DNA of 63,687 nt, filler included, from Octopus bimaculoides (taxonomy: Eukaryota), in the NCBI RefSeq assembly GCF_001194135.2. It is 6 parts of 6 records of this genome, joined end to end, with 100 filler letters (N's around TTAATTAATTAA, not from the genome) between each part and the next. Parts side by side here need not be neighbours in the genome. Positions count along the whole stretch, not along the records: positions 1 to 18,132 come from NC_068991.1; positions 18,233 to 48,612 come from NC_069005.1; 4 more parts are not named here. The stretch is one strand, 5' to 3'. Each line of letters opens with the position of its first letter. Positions within the stretch are counted from its first letter, which is position 1. The notes below the pieces were generated by a model. The model made no database searches. It was not told the origin of the DNA and saw only the letters and a program-made list of their open reading frames with translations. The translations under genes and the position numbers were made by a program. Positions 13,354 through 26,559 of this stretch are shown piece by piece.

Positions 13354-13870
13354 TTAATGAAGATTATGGTTTTCTATAAGCTTTCCTATTAGATTATTTA
13401 AGGAGTCCGCCTTCAGTTTCGAAGACGTTTTCAATGCTTGTACTAAGTAGTCCTTATTCATTTCGGACGTTACCTGGGCAGTGACTACCTTCAGTGAAAT
13501 TAAGGTGTTGTTAATATGTTGATTAGTCCCCTTTTCAACGACGCTCCGAACGTCATAGACCATGAGACTTAATTACAGTGAGTTTGGAGGTTACAAGTTT
13601 GGTGTTACAGGATCATAATGATTACTGACATGTATTCTTGAGGTTACTTCAGTTTGAGAGAAAGTGCTGATTCTCGTTGAAGCACGTATGGCCTTCCACT
13701 GCGTACTTCATCTGTTCCGGGCTTCACAGCTGTCTCCAGTATTACAGCGTATCCAACAGCATTAATTCTAAGACTCTGTGGAAAGACGTGAGGTAGCATG
13801 ACATGACCTTCGTTACTCACCGCTCCTAAAAACGACACATTTGCTGCAAACTTAGTGTGCATCACATGGA
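13354..13870 (-). pseudogene. Tc1/mariner (maT/DD37D-like) transposase, C-terminal DDD domain remnant
   Basis: FLGAVSNEGHVMLPHVFPQSLRINAVGYAVILETAVKP...GRPYVLQRESALSLK and PNL*PPNSL...YDVRSVVEKGTNQH match the QQDSAP and WPPNSPDLNPLDY region. Frameshifted. Confidence 0.85.
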
Positions 13871-14144
13871 TGTGTGCATATGTGCAGTATTTGGAGTCAG
13901 TGCATGTGCAGAATTGTATATTTTGTTTTATGTATGTATTCTCATGCATATAGTTGCAAGTCTAAACATGCGTATATATACTTAATTGATAAACTTTTGT
14001 AAAGTTTTTACAGATTTTTACAGTTCCAGTGATGTATGTACGTATGTGTGTGTGAGTTTGTGTGTGTGTGTGAGTTTGTGTGTATGTGTGCGCGCGCGTG
14101 CGTGTGTGTATCTTTGTGCTTGTCCTCACTTTCGCGCTTGACAA

Positions 14145-14300
14145 CTAGTGTTCGTTTCGTCCCTGTAACAGTTCAGCAAAAGGAGTCGATAGGGTAAGTA
14201 CCAAATTTACAATGAATAACTATGGTTGACTTGTTCGACTAAATCATTTAAGTAGATGTCCCACCAAGTTTGCAGTCAATGACGGAAACAAGTGAAAGAT
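14145..14300 (+). mobile_element. SINE family A 3' half (diverged)
   Basis: gtaacagttcagcaaaaggagtcgatag...ttgacttgttcgactaa...gacggaaacaagtgaaaga matches the tail of 59958-60356. Confidence 0.6.
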
Positions 14301-14311
14301 AAAGCGATTAC

Positions 14312-14480
14312 ATGACTGTTCCTTTGGAAGCGGCGATGCTGCCATTTCAATCCCGAGAGGACATCTCCTCCAGCTGGTTATGCAGTGCACTCTGCACTTG
14401 ATATGTATTGCAAGCGAGGAGAGAACCCAGACACCATCAGACCGTATGGTTTCAACCTTCTTATGGTCATCCTCGGTGAT
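14312..14480 (-). mobile_element. Single copy of the repeat that forms the 6691-7038 palindrome
   Basis: tctcctccagctggtta...tgcactctgcac...attgcaagc...gaaccc aligns to the palindrome left arm. Confidence 0.7.
14436..14480 (-). ncRNA. Type I hammerhead ribozyme with U4C substitution
   Basis: AUCA-CCGAGGA-U-GACC-AUAAGAA-GGUU-GAAA-CC-AUAC-GG-UC-UGAU. All three stems pair. Confidence 0.65.
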
Positions 14481-15079
14481 AAATACTCGTCCGCTAGATA
14501 TAGCTGTAGTTCACTCCAGCTAGCATTTTTAAAGACAGTAAGGATGAGAGAGATTTAGCTGCTGTTTCGAGCATTATATAGGGACCTTCATTGTTAGCTT
14601 CCTATGGTTAACTATGGCTGTTGTTGTATTGATTTCGTTACGACGACGCTCTCTCATAAACGAAAACAAGAGTCAAAATGATGGCTGCCTAGAATTTTAC
14701 GAGCGTCAGTGTCACGTGATAAGGCAACACTTTAAACGTTGAGAGCGGCTAAAAGTCATAAACAGCCCAATACTCACATCACACGCAGCTAATTGACGCA
14801 GGTCACGTGGTACACACCGTTTTCACCAAACGCTTTCCCCCCACCTCGACGCATGAAGTTGTCACTTTTGAGTTAATGTTTTTCATGGTGTTGTGGCCGT
14901 GTGACCGTCTGTAGATGTGTGTATGTGTGTGTATGTGTGTGTGTGTGTGTGTGTGTGCGTGTGCGTGAGAGATGGAACGCGCACATGTTTTAATGTGTAT
15001 GCATGTGTGTTTGTGCGTGTGTGTGTGCTCGCGCGTGTGTGTGTGCACGCGCGTGTGTGCGTGTGTTTGTGTTTGTGCG

Positions 15080-15162
<83 letters not shown>

Positions 15163-15614
15163 TCAGAATGTGTGCTTGATCGTATGAATGTCTGTATGTA
15201 TGTGTGAGCGTGCGTGTATGTGAGTACATGTGTATGCGTTTCTGCGCGCTAGTGCACGTTATGCATGCTTCTAGACCTGTACATGCGTATACATATTTAC
15301 AACTATATATACATATGTGCGTGTGTATGGATGTGTATGTGTGTGTGTGTGTGTGTGTGTGAGTGTGTGTGTGTGTGTGTGTGTACACGTACACATATCA
15401 CCAATATAGGTGAAGGTAATATCTTAAGGGTACCGTCAACATACTAAATACATGTGTACTAGAGCCTCGCACATGTAAAGACTAGCGAAGAAATAGAACT
15501 GGCTGAAACAAGTAAAAGAAAAATATATTAACAATGTGTGAGTGAATCTAGTCTTCTATTTAAAGCAATAGACATGTTTCCCTTTTATTTAACCTCTTCA
15601 GTCTAGAAAATTCT

Positions 15615-16420
15615 GCTCAGGACATTAGTTTTTCCGAGATGTCTTCTAAGACTGCAAGCTTATAGCAGGACCTGAATTCGATATGCAAGCGGGCCGAAAT
15701 AAGCAACATGCAGTTTAATGCTGGAAAATTTCAAGCACTGCACTCTCAACTCACGAATGCACTACAGCCTGCATATACAAAACGCGAAAACACTACAATC
15801 CCAGAGTCACAAGCATTGAAAGACTTGGGGATCAGCATATGCAATGACACATCATTTTATATGCACATTACCAAGGTGGCAATAAAGTGCAGCCAACTGG
15901 CAGGATGGATACTGAGGTCCTTCAAGACAAGATACCCTGTGGAGGACCTTTGTTCTCAGCCGCTTGGCCTACTGCTCCCAGTTATGGTCACCACATGGTG
16001 CCAAACTAACAGCAGAGCTTGAAGCAGTCCAACGCTACTATACTAAAAAGATTGAAAAGTGCAGCGGGTGAGCCAGAAGGATAAGCTGAGAAGACTGCAA
16101 CTTTACTCCCTGGAGCGAAGGCGCGACAGATATGTAATAATCTACATAGAGAAAACTCTAGAAGGGCTAGTACCTAATTTCGGCATTGAGTGCTATACAA
16201 ATGCCAGAACTGGCTGCCATTGTATTGTACTACAGGTACCATCCACTCCATCTAAATTGAAGATCAGGTACCGCAAAAATCTAGGATTCAAATGCCCACA
16301 GTTCTTCAATTCCCTGCCACAAAAATTAAGAAATCTGCATAAGGTGGAAGTAGATATCTTCAAAAAAGAAACTAGACATCCTCCTCTCCACAATACTGGA
16401 TGAACCAACAACCCAACTCC
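15615..16420 (+). pseudogene. CR1/L2-group LINE, RT C-terminal part, 5'-truncated
   Basis: QDLNSI..AEISNMQFNAGKFQ, KDLGISI, GWILRSFKTR, EAVQRYYTKKI, LQLYSLERRRDRYVIIY...GLVPN, FFNSLP. Frameshifts. Confidence 0.85.
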
Positions 16421-16559
16421 TTTATGCACTAAATGGACCAACGGCTGGGACAAAGACATACGAGTGATGAAGTGAAACACCCCAGACTGAGGGAATCAGA
16501 AAGACCACGGTGGTGCTCCAGCATGACCGCAGCTGCATGGCTGAAACGAGTAAAAGAGT

Positions 16560-17090
<531 letters not shown>

Positions 17091-17494
17091 AAGGGAAAAC
17101 AAAACAATAAAAAAGAAAACAATGTCATGTTGTATTTCCCTATTACGGTGACAATTAATGCGTTATAATGTGAATATATCGAGATTGTTAGTTCGCGTCC
17201 GGTTGAATGGCTAGTTGGCTCCTTGTTCGATTCATTCGTTTCGTGTTTATTTATTTTTGTCTGATTGGTTCTTTGATTGTTTGTTTGACAGTGTCCATTT
17301 CTTTTTTGTCTGTTTTTGTATGTTTTTGTTTACGGCAAAGAATTTGATCGGATACACATTCAGTTTAGCGCGGCCGCCCATTAAAACGGAGCTATGCCGT
17401 TCGCTAAACACCAAGCATATGACGACGGCGCAGTGGCAAAGGTTAAACAGGGAGAAGGAGAAAGTAAGAAGAAAAGACAGATAGATAGAAAGGG

Positions 17495-17528
<34 letters not shown>

Positions 17529-17892
17529 AGAGAGGGAGAGACAGAGGCAGATAAACGGACAGACTGAAAAAATGAGAGGGGGATACAAAAATCATATCCT
17601 TCTGATATTNNNNNNNNNNNNNNNNNNNNNNNNNNNNNNNNNNNNNNNNNNNNNNNNNNNNNNNNNNNNNNNNNNNNNNNNNNNNNNNNNNNNNNNNNNN
17701 NNNNNNNNNNNNNNNNNNNNNNNNNNNNNNNNNNNAGCAAGGAAAATTAGGGCGGGAAAATACAAGTAGTAAAAAAACAGAAAATGTTACGGGAAACGTA
17801 CGACACATCATACACATACACATATACATGAATACTCAATCCTTTTATGCATACTTAACATGCCTAAAACTACTCGATATATATATACTTTT

Positions 17893-18090
17893 TTACTCAT
17901 TTACTTGTTTCAGTCATTTGACTGCGGTCATGCTGGAGCACCACCTTTAGTCGAGCAAATCGACCCCAGGACTTATTCTTTGGAAGCCTAGTACTTATTT
18001 TATCGGTCATTTTTGCCGAACCGCTACGTTACGGGAACGTAAACACACCAACATCGGTTGTCAAGCGATGTTGGGGAGACAAACACAGAC
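17893..18090 (-). mobile_element. SINE family A 3' half
   Basis: cttgtttcagtcatttgactgcggtcatgctggagcaccacc...gccgaaccgctacgttacggg is the reverse complement of the 59958-60356 tail. Confidence 0.85.
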
Positions 18091-18093
18091 ACA

Positions 18094-18131
<38 letters not shown>

Positions 18132-18132
18132 T

Positions 18133-18232
18133 NNNNNNNNNNNNNNNNNNNNNNNNNNNNNNNNNNNNNNNNNNNNTTAATTAATTAANNNNNNNNNNNN
18201 NNNNNNNNNNNNNNNNNNNNNNNNNNNNNNNN
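18133..18232. other. Assembly linker 44N-TTAATTAATTAA-44N (also at 48657, 59504, 61218, 62517)
   Basis: Identical 12-mer inside 100-bp N spacers, giving stops in all six frames. Confidence 0.95.
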
Positions 18233-18263
<31 letters not shown>

Positions 18264-18264
<1 letters not shown>

Positions 18265-18953
18265 TCAAGCAAATTTACCCTCTACTACTAATAGAAAATA
18301 GCATACAACAAGCAAAAGAGATACCAATAGAATAACACGAGAAAGACGAACCACCCATAAACTGAACACAATACCATTTCTAGTAACACACAACCCACAT
18401 CACCACAACATTTTTTAAATCATCAAAACAAATTTGCCAATCATGGAACAAGGTGAAAAAAACAACATAACTAATCAAACACTTATCTAAGGCAAAAGGC
18501 AACCATGTAACTCAAAGAAATTATTCAAAGAGGCAAAATTCAACGTGAACAAATGGGATAAAACATTCACAATATCCAAGTGTAATGATAATAAATGTGG
18601 AACGTGTCAATACATGCATACTGGTAGATCTATTAGAAAAAAAAAATGGACAGACTTTCGCAAATGCAGATATGAACTGCAAAAGTAGAAATGTTATCTA
18701 GTGCATTAAATGCTCTAATTGCGAGGAACTATACATTGGCGAGACAGGAAATGCATTATCGGAACGCTCACGAGTTCACAGGCAACAAATCCGGATTACT
18801 AATGTTCGCCAAATTCCATTGACCGAACATAGAGAAACATATGGTCAGAAAATGTTTCTAATTTTTCCTTTCCACAAACTACATAACACAAGTGAGGCTG
18901 GAAGAAAGATAAAAGAAAAATGTTTCATTAAATTTATCAAACCTGTTCTGAAC
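18264..18953 (+). pseudogene. Penelope-like element remnant: linker, CCHH zinc region and GIY-YIG endonuclease
   Basis: YPLLLIENSIQQAKEIP, KCNDNKCGTCQY, MNCKSRNVI*CIKCSNCEELYIGETGNALSERSRVHRQQI...KEKCFIKFIKPVLN. Stops and frameshifts. Confidence 0.9.
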
Positions 18954-19430
18954 GGAAATAACAATAAAATAACAACCAGTTAAGGATGTGGTTTAAAAAA
19001 ATATCTTTAGCATATGAATATAAACAAATTAGAGAAGACTCCCACCGACTGAAATAAAAACGATCGAAACCAACTAATTTTGCTGACTCATAAAACCATT
19101 ACATGTAAGCCAGAAGCTAATTGGTTAAAATAAAGGCGGAATCTATGCAATTAATATCATTGCGCTCGGCAATGGTCAAAACCGTATTCGAAAAATTCAG
19201 CTTGTCAAAGGTACAAAATGTCAACCATTTTACTACAGTTGTCAAGAACTGTCAGTTAAATACATTTTAAAATCTCATGATTACTACGAACGTATGAAAG
19301 CGCTAATTGAACTTTATGAACATTACAAAATATTATTTTTAATGCTTAACACACTTCAACATTGTAAAAACGATAAAAACGTGAAAACCAGGCCATATTG
19401 TAACTTTATTCAACTGATATATTAATACAT

Positions 19431-19511
<81 letters not shown>

Positions 19512-20374
19512 GTGTGTGCGTGTTGTGTTATGTATGCGTGTTGTGTTGTGTGTGTGTGTGTGTGTGTGTCTGTGCGTGGTTGTCGACATGATGTCCGTAT
19601 CAAGTTATTTACATCTCTACTGACCAGCTACGGAGAAAGCTAACTCGCTCATCTTTCTCCACGCTCACATGCTATTGTATACAGCTAAGCATTATTCACC
19701 ATAGAAACAAACTTTAAAACGATGTGATTTTCAGTAGTGACAGTTTCGAGAAACCACTTTGCTATAAATTGTTTAGGTTAACAAAACTACGACTATAATT
19801 AATGGAACAAAAATAGGAATAACAATGAAGAAGAAATAGATGAGTAAAAACAATAGTCAGTTACTTAAGACATATCTACATTAGAGAATTCGTTATTGGG
19901 TGTTAATGAATTAAAAGGATGAAAGGGGCTGGAGTTGGAATGGAGGATAAATTTGGTGTGGTGTTGGGAATGATGATGATGATGACGAGGACGGCGGCGA
20001 CGACTACGACGATGTTGATGTTAAAAGAATAAGAAAGATACAGGAGTAAAAAGACAAGTTTTAACAAAACTTAAAATAAAAACAAACACGTACACAAAAA
20101 ACTGCTATAAGAGAAACAGATTATAAAGTAAACATTGTTACACACCAAGCCCATCATCACCATCGTTACCCACTACCTTCACCAACACCACCACCATCAA
20201 CAACAACAACGTTAACCCATAAATTTTTATGTACGAATGCGTTGATGTCAGGCGTTAATTGTATGTGTGTTTGTGTTTGTAAGTTAAATGTGTTTAAATG
20301 CCAGAACTTAGAATTTGTTCGGCTTGTTTGTAAAAATATATGTATGTGATTGTTTTATATGGGAATCGATCACT

Positions 20375-20560
20375 TTATTTGCGTAGAAAGACACTTGTAA
20401 GGACGAACGCAAGACATAACAGAAGCGTTCGATTCCAGGCGCGAAAGAAGAACTCCAGCCGATTGTTTCCATCTGGCGACAAATCTGCCATTTCCTCATT
20501 TCCTCTTCTTTCTTTGACAAGACAGACTCTGGCGTCCTTTACTTCGTCCCGGTACAACAT
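20375..20560 (-). CDS. Candidate coding exon ending in a hydrophobic (TM-like) segment
   Basis: Non-repetitive, GC-richer ORF ...MADLSPDGNNRLEFFFRAWNRTLLLCLAFVLTSVFLRK*. No homolog recognised. Confidence 0.2.
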   Translation of the reverse strand: MLYRDEVKDARVCLVKERRGNEEMADLSPDGNNRLEFFFRAWNRTLLLCLAFVLTSVFLRK

Positions 20561-21679
20561 TTATGATGTCATATTACTATTTATCATGGGCTGAGTACAG
20601 AGGTGTGTGTGTATTGGTGAGAGAGCGAGAAGGAGTGAGTGAGAGTGAGTATGTGTGAGAGAGAGAGAGAGAAAGACAGAGAGCGTGTATGCATATGACT
20701 TTGTGCATGTGCGACTTTCTTTTATTCGATGCCAGAAATAAAGAAAATATTCGTTTCTCAAAGTACAATAAAGTGTCGTTGAATTTTATAAAGTTGATAA
20801 AATCTGTTCTTAAATTTGCGCTCGAAGTATAAAGTCTTTTTGTAAAACATTCTGCAATGTTAGAAGCTTTCTTCATTTTCCTTTTCATTCATTTTGTACT
20901 CCTACATGTGTGTGTCCCACCACTGCTCGACAACGAGGTGTCTGTTTGCTTGCATCTCCGTAACTTAGCGGTTCAGCAAAAGTTTTTATCATTAATATTC
21001 GGAATATATATATATACGATTATAAATTCCGAATATTGAGGATAAAATTGATGTTCATAGAGAGCTTTAAAGAGTTTTGTAAGGTACTATGGTAATACAA
21101 AATTGGGTGAACTGGAAAATTTACTGACCGGCAATCCTCTCGTTAAAGGGTTTCTGGATAGGAGGGAGTTTTCTATACTCTGTCAGAGCCGACTATTTTC
21201 TAGCTTCAAATCCTATCCAGCGTCGTTTTCTTTTCTTTCCTTTTCAATTGCTGTTAATTCCATTTGATGCTAGTTTCCTCGTCATTATTTGTAGCTTTTT
21301 GCCAGTGTAATTACGAAGTTCGTTTCGCCGCCACCAAATCACTGGTTAGACCCCACTGCACAGAATCTCTTGAGCGAATATCTTCAACCAAAGTCCTGAG
21401 TTTTATATTTAGCAAAGAACATAAATATTGGGGAGGGGAAATGATGCTCTACCGATTCGATTCAATAAGTCGCAATACTTGATGGCTAATACACAGTTTT
21501 CGGCAGTGAGTTTTCGGTAGCGAAATAAAGTAGATCCAGTCAGCGTTGACAAACTCAGATTGTAACGCTATGTAAGAACGGAAATAAATACTGCAAATAT
21601 AGCATCTAATAACTATCTCCAACACATGAAGAAGGTCACACGTTTGTGTGTTGTGGGGGTCCTGTAAGGGTTGGTTGAT

Positions 21680-21848
21680 TAAATCGACTGGCAGTGTTTG
21701 GTTTCTTTGAAAGAATTTTCGACCTTCTTTGGGAACATGAAAAGCAAAGTTGATCTCGGTGGGATTCAAACTCAGAACGCAAGGAATCCGAATTAATACT
21801 GAAAGGTATTTTAATCGACGCTCTAACGATTCCGCCAATTCGCCGTTT
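21680..21848 (-). mobile_element. SINE family C (tRNA-derived), diverged
   Basis: Reverse complement of ggcgaattggcggaatcgttag...ttctgagtttgaatcc..ccgagatcaactttgc, like 37237-37468. Confidence 0.75.
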
Positions 21849-23159
21849 AAGGAATCACAATGTTCATTCTGATAATTACAGTGGAATCAATAAAATGCTT
21901 TACGATACAGTATAGTTATCATAACATTCTAACATTCTAACCGATCGAATCACCAACGAAAGATCAAAGATGAACAACAGAATCACTGAAATTTAATGTA
22001 CTAAGGTGAGTTTCCAATGGAGCACAGCAGAAGTTCTGCTGTTTACTTTCAATCACAAAATTGTATGTGCTTAATATTCGATATTGGTTTATTGACCTAC
22101 GTAATTATATACTTATAGATATAGACATAGATATATAAATACATATATATATAAATACATACATACACACATCACACACATGGAACAGTATTTCATACAC
22201 CTGACCGTACTTTACGCTCTCGCTTGTATGTTGTGGTTCTCTATATTCTAAAGGTTCTCTTCCTAACCCCTCCCACCTCATGATATAAACTATCACTGGC
22301 TCAGCCAGACGAGGAGACCACAGGATTTAAAGCGCTGGATTTTAAAAGCGTCGAAATGATGCTGGGGTTTTTTTTTTTGTCTCTTTGGCCAACAAGATGT
22401 CGCTTATCATTGTTTCTATATTCCGCTATGATTTTTGTCAACTACACACATATACACAAACTTACACGCATACACAGAAACACATATAAATACACACCCA
22501 AATAGATTCAAATATATGTGTGTGTGTATTCATGTTCATGTATACATATATATTTGTGTGTGAAAGAGTTGTACGTACACGTGTGTACATGAGTTGCACA
22601 TGCGTGTGTGTGTGATGAAGCTGCTGCACAGCTTCAAGCAACTAAATTCCATTGGTTGATGAAGTCATTAATCAACCAATAGAATTTATTAATTCAAGTA
22701 ATTGACCAACCTCAGGATGTGGGCAAGAGACACTGACTGCGCTACAAGATACCATGCAGTGACATCGATCGCCATAACCACACCTTTGCACCCGATACAT
22801 ACCCGCCACTGGGTGGATGGTGTGTAGTATCGCTCGATTTGTATTTATAGTTGAGGGTGTCGGTGGAATTCTAAAGCAATAATTCTTACTAGCGGTTATA
22901 TTTAGCGTGATATTAAATAGGTAGACGAAAGTTGAAGAGAGTTGTGTCTGTAATTCTTTAGTTTGAATTCTCTAGATGTTTCGACTGTTGATATCACAAA
23001 GGATATCAATGAATTAAACTGTAGAATGAAATTATTTTTGCTTTAATCTAGTCGGATTTAAATGAATAGTTTTAATGTAATTGTGTTCGTAAAGCTGACT
23101 GCTAAAGAAACGGATATATGAGGCAATATCGATTCTTAATTGACATCAATTCAACTTAC

Positions 23160-23191
23160 TGACGTCTTCATTGTTCTTGCAACAGGAATGG
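23160..23191 (-). CDS. Candidate 32-nt exon (may contain ATG: MKTS)
   Basis: Acceptor ctctaattctttcctatcacatag and donor CA|GTAAGT. The upstream 60-nt intron starts AAG|GTGAGT. Confidence 0.4.
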
Positions 23192-23251
23192 CTATGTGAT
23201 AGGAAAGAATTAGAGCAGATATGGGTGGACAGACATTTGAACAAGACTCAC

Positions 23252-23310
23252 CTTCGCAACCCTGAAGTTCGACGTTCCTCGTTCGATGTCTTTTTCGTGT
23301 CACCAATTTT
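23252..23310 (-). other. Candidate exon (59 nt or first exon), coding status unknown
   Basis: Ends in a consensus donor AAG|GTGAGT at 23251. Acceptor (atccatgctag) is weak. Confidence 0.35.
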
Positions 23311-23690
23311 CTAGCATGGATACTAAATGTATTGTAGTGTGCGTGTGTGTATGTGTGTGTGCGTCTATGTGTGTGCGTTTATATCAAAATTTATCGGCAG
23401 TATTCAGAATGTATACAGTTCATATATTATGGCCCTACGTATAGGTAATCACAAATAAAACACGCAAAAAAATAAGAAAAATATTATTTTGATACGTATG
23501 AAATGAGCTGGTTCTATTCTTGCGTGGATAAATCTATTTTATTAGATAAAGTCATAAAAGGATAAGATAATCGCATAGGAGACGAACATACAAAGAAGAA
23601 CGGCACACTTGAGCGGTTAATTCGGATTTTGTGGACGAAACCACATTCGGCCCGCTCACTTATACCCATCTTACACCCAAGTGTAAAATA

Positions 23691-23724
<34 letters not shown>

Positions 23725-23799
23725 GCACTTAAATCTTACTCAATTGAGCATGACTTAGTAAGTTGCAACAAATTTGTTCATTGTTTCAAGTGTCCTTGT

Positions 23800-24040
23800 A
23801 GCAGCAAATAGAGACAGCCAGTCTTTCTATCATCTCAGATTTAACCCACCAAACTATACGGGATATAACAATGGACGACTGTATCAACTCTGATTTGACC
23901 CTCTTTCCATTGCCCCCGAAAGATAACAAAAAAAAAAAGAAAGAACAAGAAAATCAAGAGTTATCGGACGGATTTGAACTCAGAACGAAGAAAAGTGGAA
24001 CAGCGCAAGACACTGTCCAGCGCTCAATCAATCGTCTACA
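23800..24040 (-). mobile_element. Old SINE family C-like copy
   Basis: ggatttgaactcagaacg (B-box complement) and cccccgaaagat, as in other family C copies. Confidence 0.4.
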
Positions 24041-24262
24041 CACACACACATATTTATACGCACAGACAAATACGCGCATACGCATATATATGCATATGCA
24101 CAAACACACACACACACACATTATTTGAAAGTGTGTGTGTGTGTGTGTCTTTCAGCGATGTCTGGTGTTGAAGAAGGTAAGCATCAGCGAAGAAAGCCGT
24201 AAAACCCTGAGCATCTTTTCAAACGAAGTCCCAGTTTATGATATAAAGTAAAAGTCTTGAAC

Positions 24263-24335
24263 ATACTCTTTCCTCTAAATTATACTCTTTCCTCTAAATT
24301 ATACTCTTCCCTCTAAATTATACTCTTTCCTCTAT
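24263..24335 (+). repeat. Minisatellite, 19-bp unit, about 4 copies
   Basis: atactctttcctctaaatt repeated. Confidence 0.9.
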
Positions 24336-25579
24336 ATTCCAACTGTTGAAAAGAAACGTATATATTTATATTAATACCAACAAACAAAATATTCCCATTA
24401 CTCACTTAATTACAGTGTATTTTTCTTTTTCTAAATGAATTTAAAGAGCTGAAATATTTACTTAAGCTGAAATAATTTCCGTCAAGTTTGCAGAAACAGG
24501 GGCACAGTTTATATGTCCGCCGTTTCAACCATAATACGTAATTTCATTTACGTAATCAGTCTAAATGCTGTGTGCTATTCGAATATTCAAACACCTTCAT
24601 AGCCATATCAATTCACGCCTCTTGTTTATATATTATTCGAGATATCGAAAAAGATTACATATATTTCATAACCTTTTTATACAGTTGCTGTACAATTATA
24701 TCTTTACATATACGTTTTTCATTTTCATGGAAACCAACTGTGTGTTGATAGATCAATTGAATTACATTGGAACAGTTGTCGTTTCATGTTAAACTATATT
24801 GGTTAGTTATAACAATACATCGATATACTGTAAGTTGTTTCGATGTCTTTAATATCAAATATATGATGAATAATTTCACAGCTTTACTCCCCACAACATT
24901 CTAGCAAAGGTTTGCCAATGTATTTCCTTCTATATTTCTTCCAGAAATACTTCTACATAATTCATATTATACAAAAATGGCTGTCATATTCAGGCTTATG
25001 TAAATATTTCTATAGACTTGTCAGAATTTAGTTTTCATTTGTTATAAGAAACTCTAGACTTATTCTTAGCTTCAGCAGCTTGAAATACACAGATACATGC
25101 AAGTGTGCTTTCACACACACACGCACACACACATACATATTTATATATAACACAGGCACACACACACACAGCAGTGTTTAGTTTTAAGCGAACTTTAGGC
25201 TAGTTAAACTATGTTTGTGACATAAATATAAATATGTTAAACTATTGTAAATTTCTACTAACTGCCAATTTATAAGCGATGTATCGCATTGCGTTTTTGT
25301 ACAGATGAAACATTGGGCCTGTTGGGGTCATTTCCATACCTAACAATTATATTTTGTAGTAGGGGTTCTGAATGAGAGGGGAAGATGTGAGACAACCACC
25401 AAAGATGGCCGTACAAAAGATTTTGGCCACCTCACATAAACCAATCAAGATACAGTATTTTAAAACAGAAAAATGTCTATAATGAAAATTCATTACATAA
25501 AGTTCATTTCAAGAAGTTACTGTACATTGTTAATATTTCGTGTGGCTTCCTTCAGCTTAAATAATTGCTTCAATGTGCC

Positions 25580-25775
25580 TGGGAAGAGATGCGCATTCAC
25601 GCACACATAGATAGATATAAACATTATTTACTACTACCAATGATACGCGTCGCATTCTCGACAGAAGAGAAGTTCCCCAAGCGGAAGGGACAGAAGAAAA
25701 CAGTTGGTATGGCACTAACGGAAATAAGTTATTCGGTCAAAATTGGAAAATGGCGGCAAGTGAGATAAGGTGAGT
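25580..25775 (+). promoter_or_regulatory. Candidate promoter / 5' UTR of a plus-strand gene
   Basis: CpG-richer unique stretch with gcggaag and acggaaat (ETS-like), ending in AAAATGGCGGC (YY1-like, start-codon overlapping) and a consensus donor. Confidence 0.5.
25750..25769 (+). CDS. Candidate first coding exon MAASEI(S/R), phase 2
   Basis: aaaATGG Kozak context, ATG GCG GCA AGT GAG ATA AG|GTGAGT. Confidence 0.5.
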
Positions 25776-26559
25776 ATTCTGTAAATGGCGAGTTTCAAAT
25801 GGATGGTTTCATTTCCTAAAGTATGCATTCTCAAAACTCATCGAGAATAAGCATGACGCGAAATAATTAATATTTGAAAAATGTTAATGATACTTTTCGC
25901 TGATATCGTGAGAGAAAATTACGGTCAGCAAGTGAGTAGATTTAAAGAAAGATACATGCAATAAATCTAAATATATAACAATAAGGTTATTATAGTCATT
26001 TGTAGCGTGAAATCCTCACCAAAGTCTTTATCAAATGTCACTCACTGGAAAGATAACCAGACTCATAACAGAATAACATGTTGTTGTAACATTCCGTATG
26101 GAAATCCATTTTAGAAATACAGCAGTATATTGTTCTTTGGGAAGAATAAAAATAGTACCATTATTCACATTTATAGAAATCAGTGGCAATCTATAAATAA
26201 TCAATAAATATCTAAAAATGGAAGTAAATGTGTATCATTGAAGAACACTTATCATTTCACTATTTTCAAGTTGCCAAAGAGATTCCACTGGGTCGATTAA
26301 GATAAAAAAAAAACGTGAGGGAAAGACAGGTAGAGAATGCCATTGGAAGGGAGGGGTTCTGAAACTTCCTCAGAGGAATAATTTCTCAAACCACCAAAAT
26401 CACATCGTTGCAGAATAAACAGAATTCAATTACTTTGAATAGTGGTACTAATAATTTTTAACATTGTTATCATGATGATAATAATAATAATAATAATAAT
26501 AAAATGCCCAGATGTAGTGCCAGGTACTGTCTCTTATCGCTTCTGGTCTTAACTGATTG

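Noticed and set aside
22612-22650. GUGAUGA-AGCUG/CAGCU hairpin
   Set aside because: Lacks C3 and GAAA.
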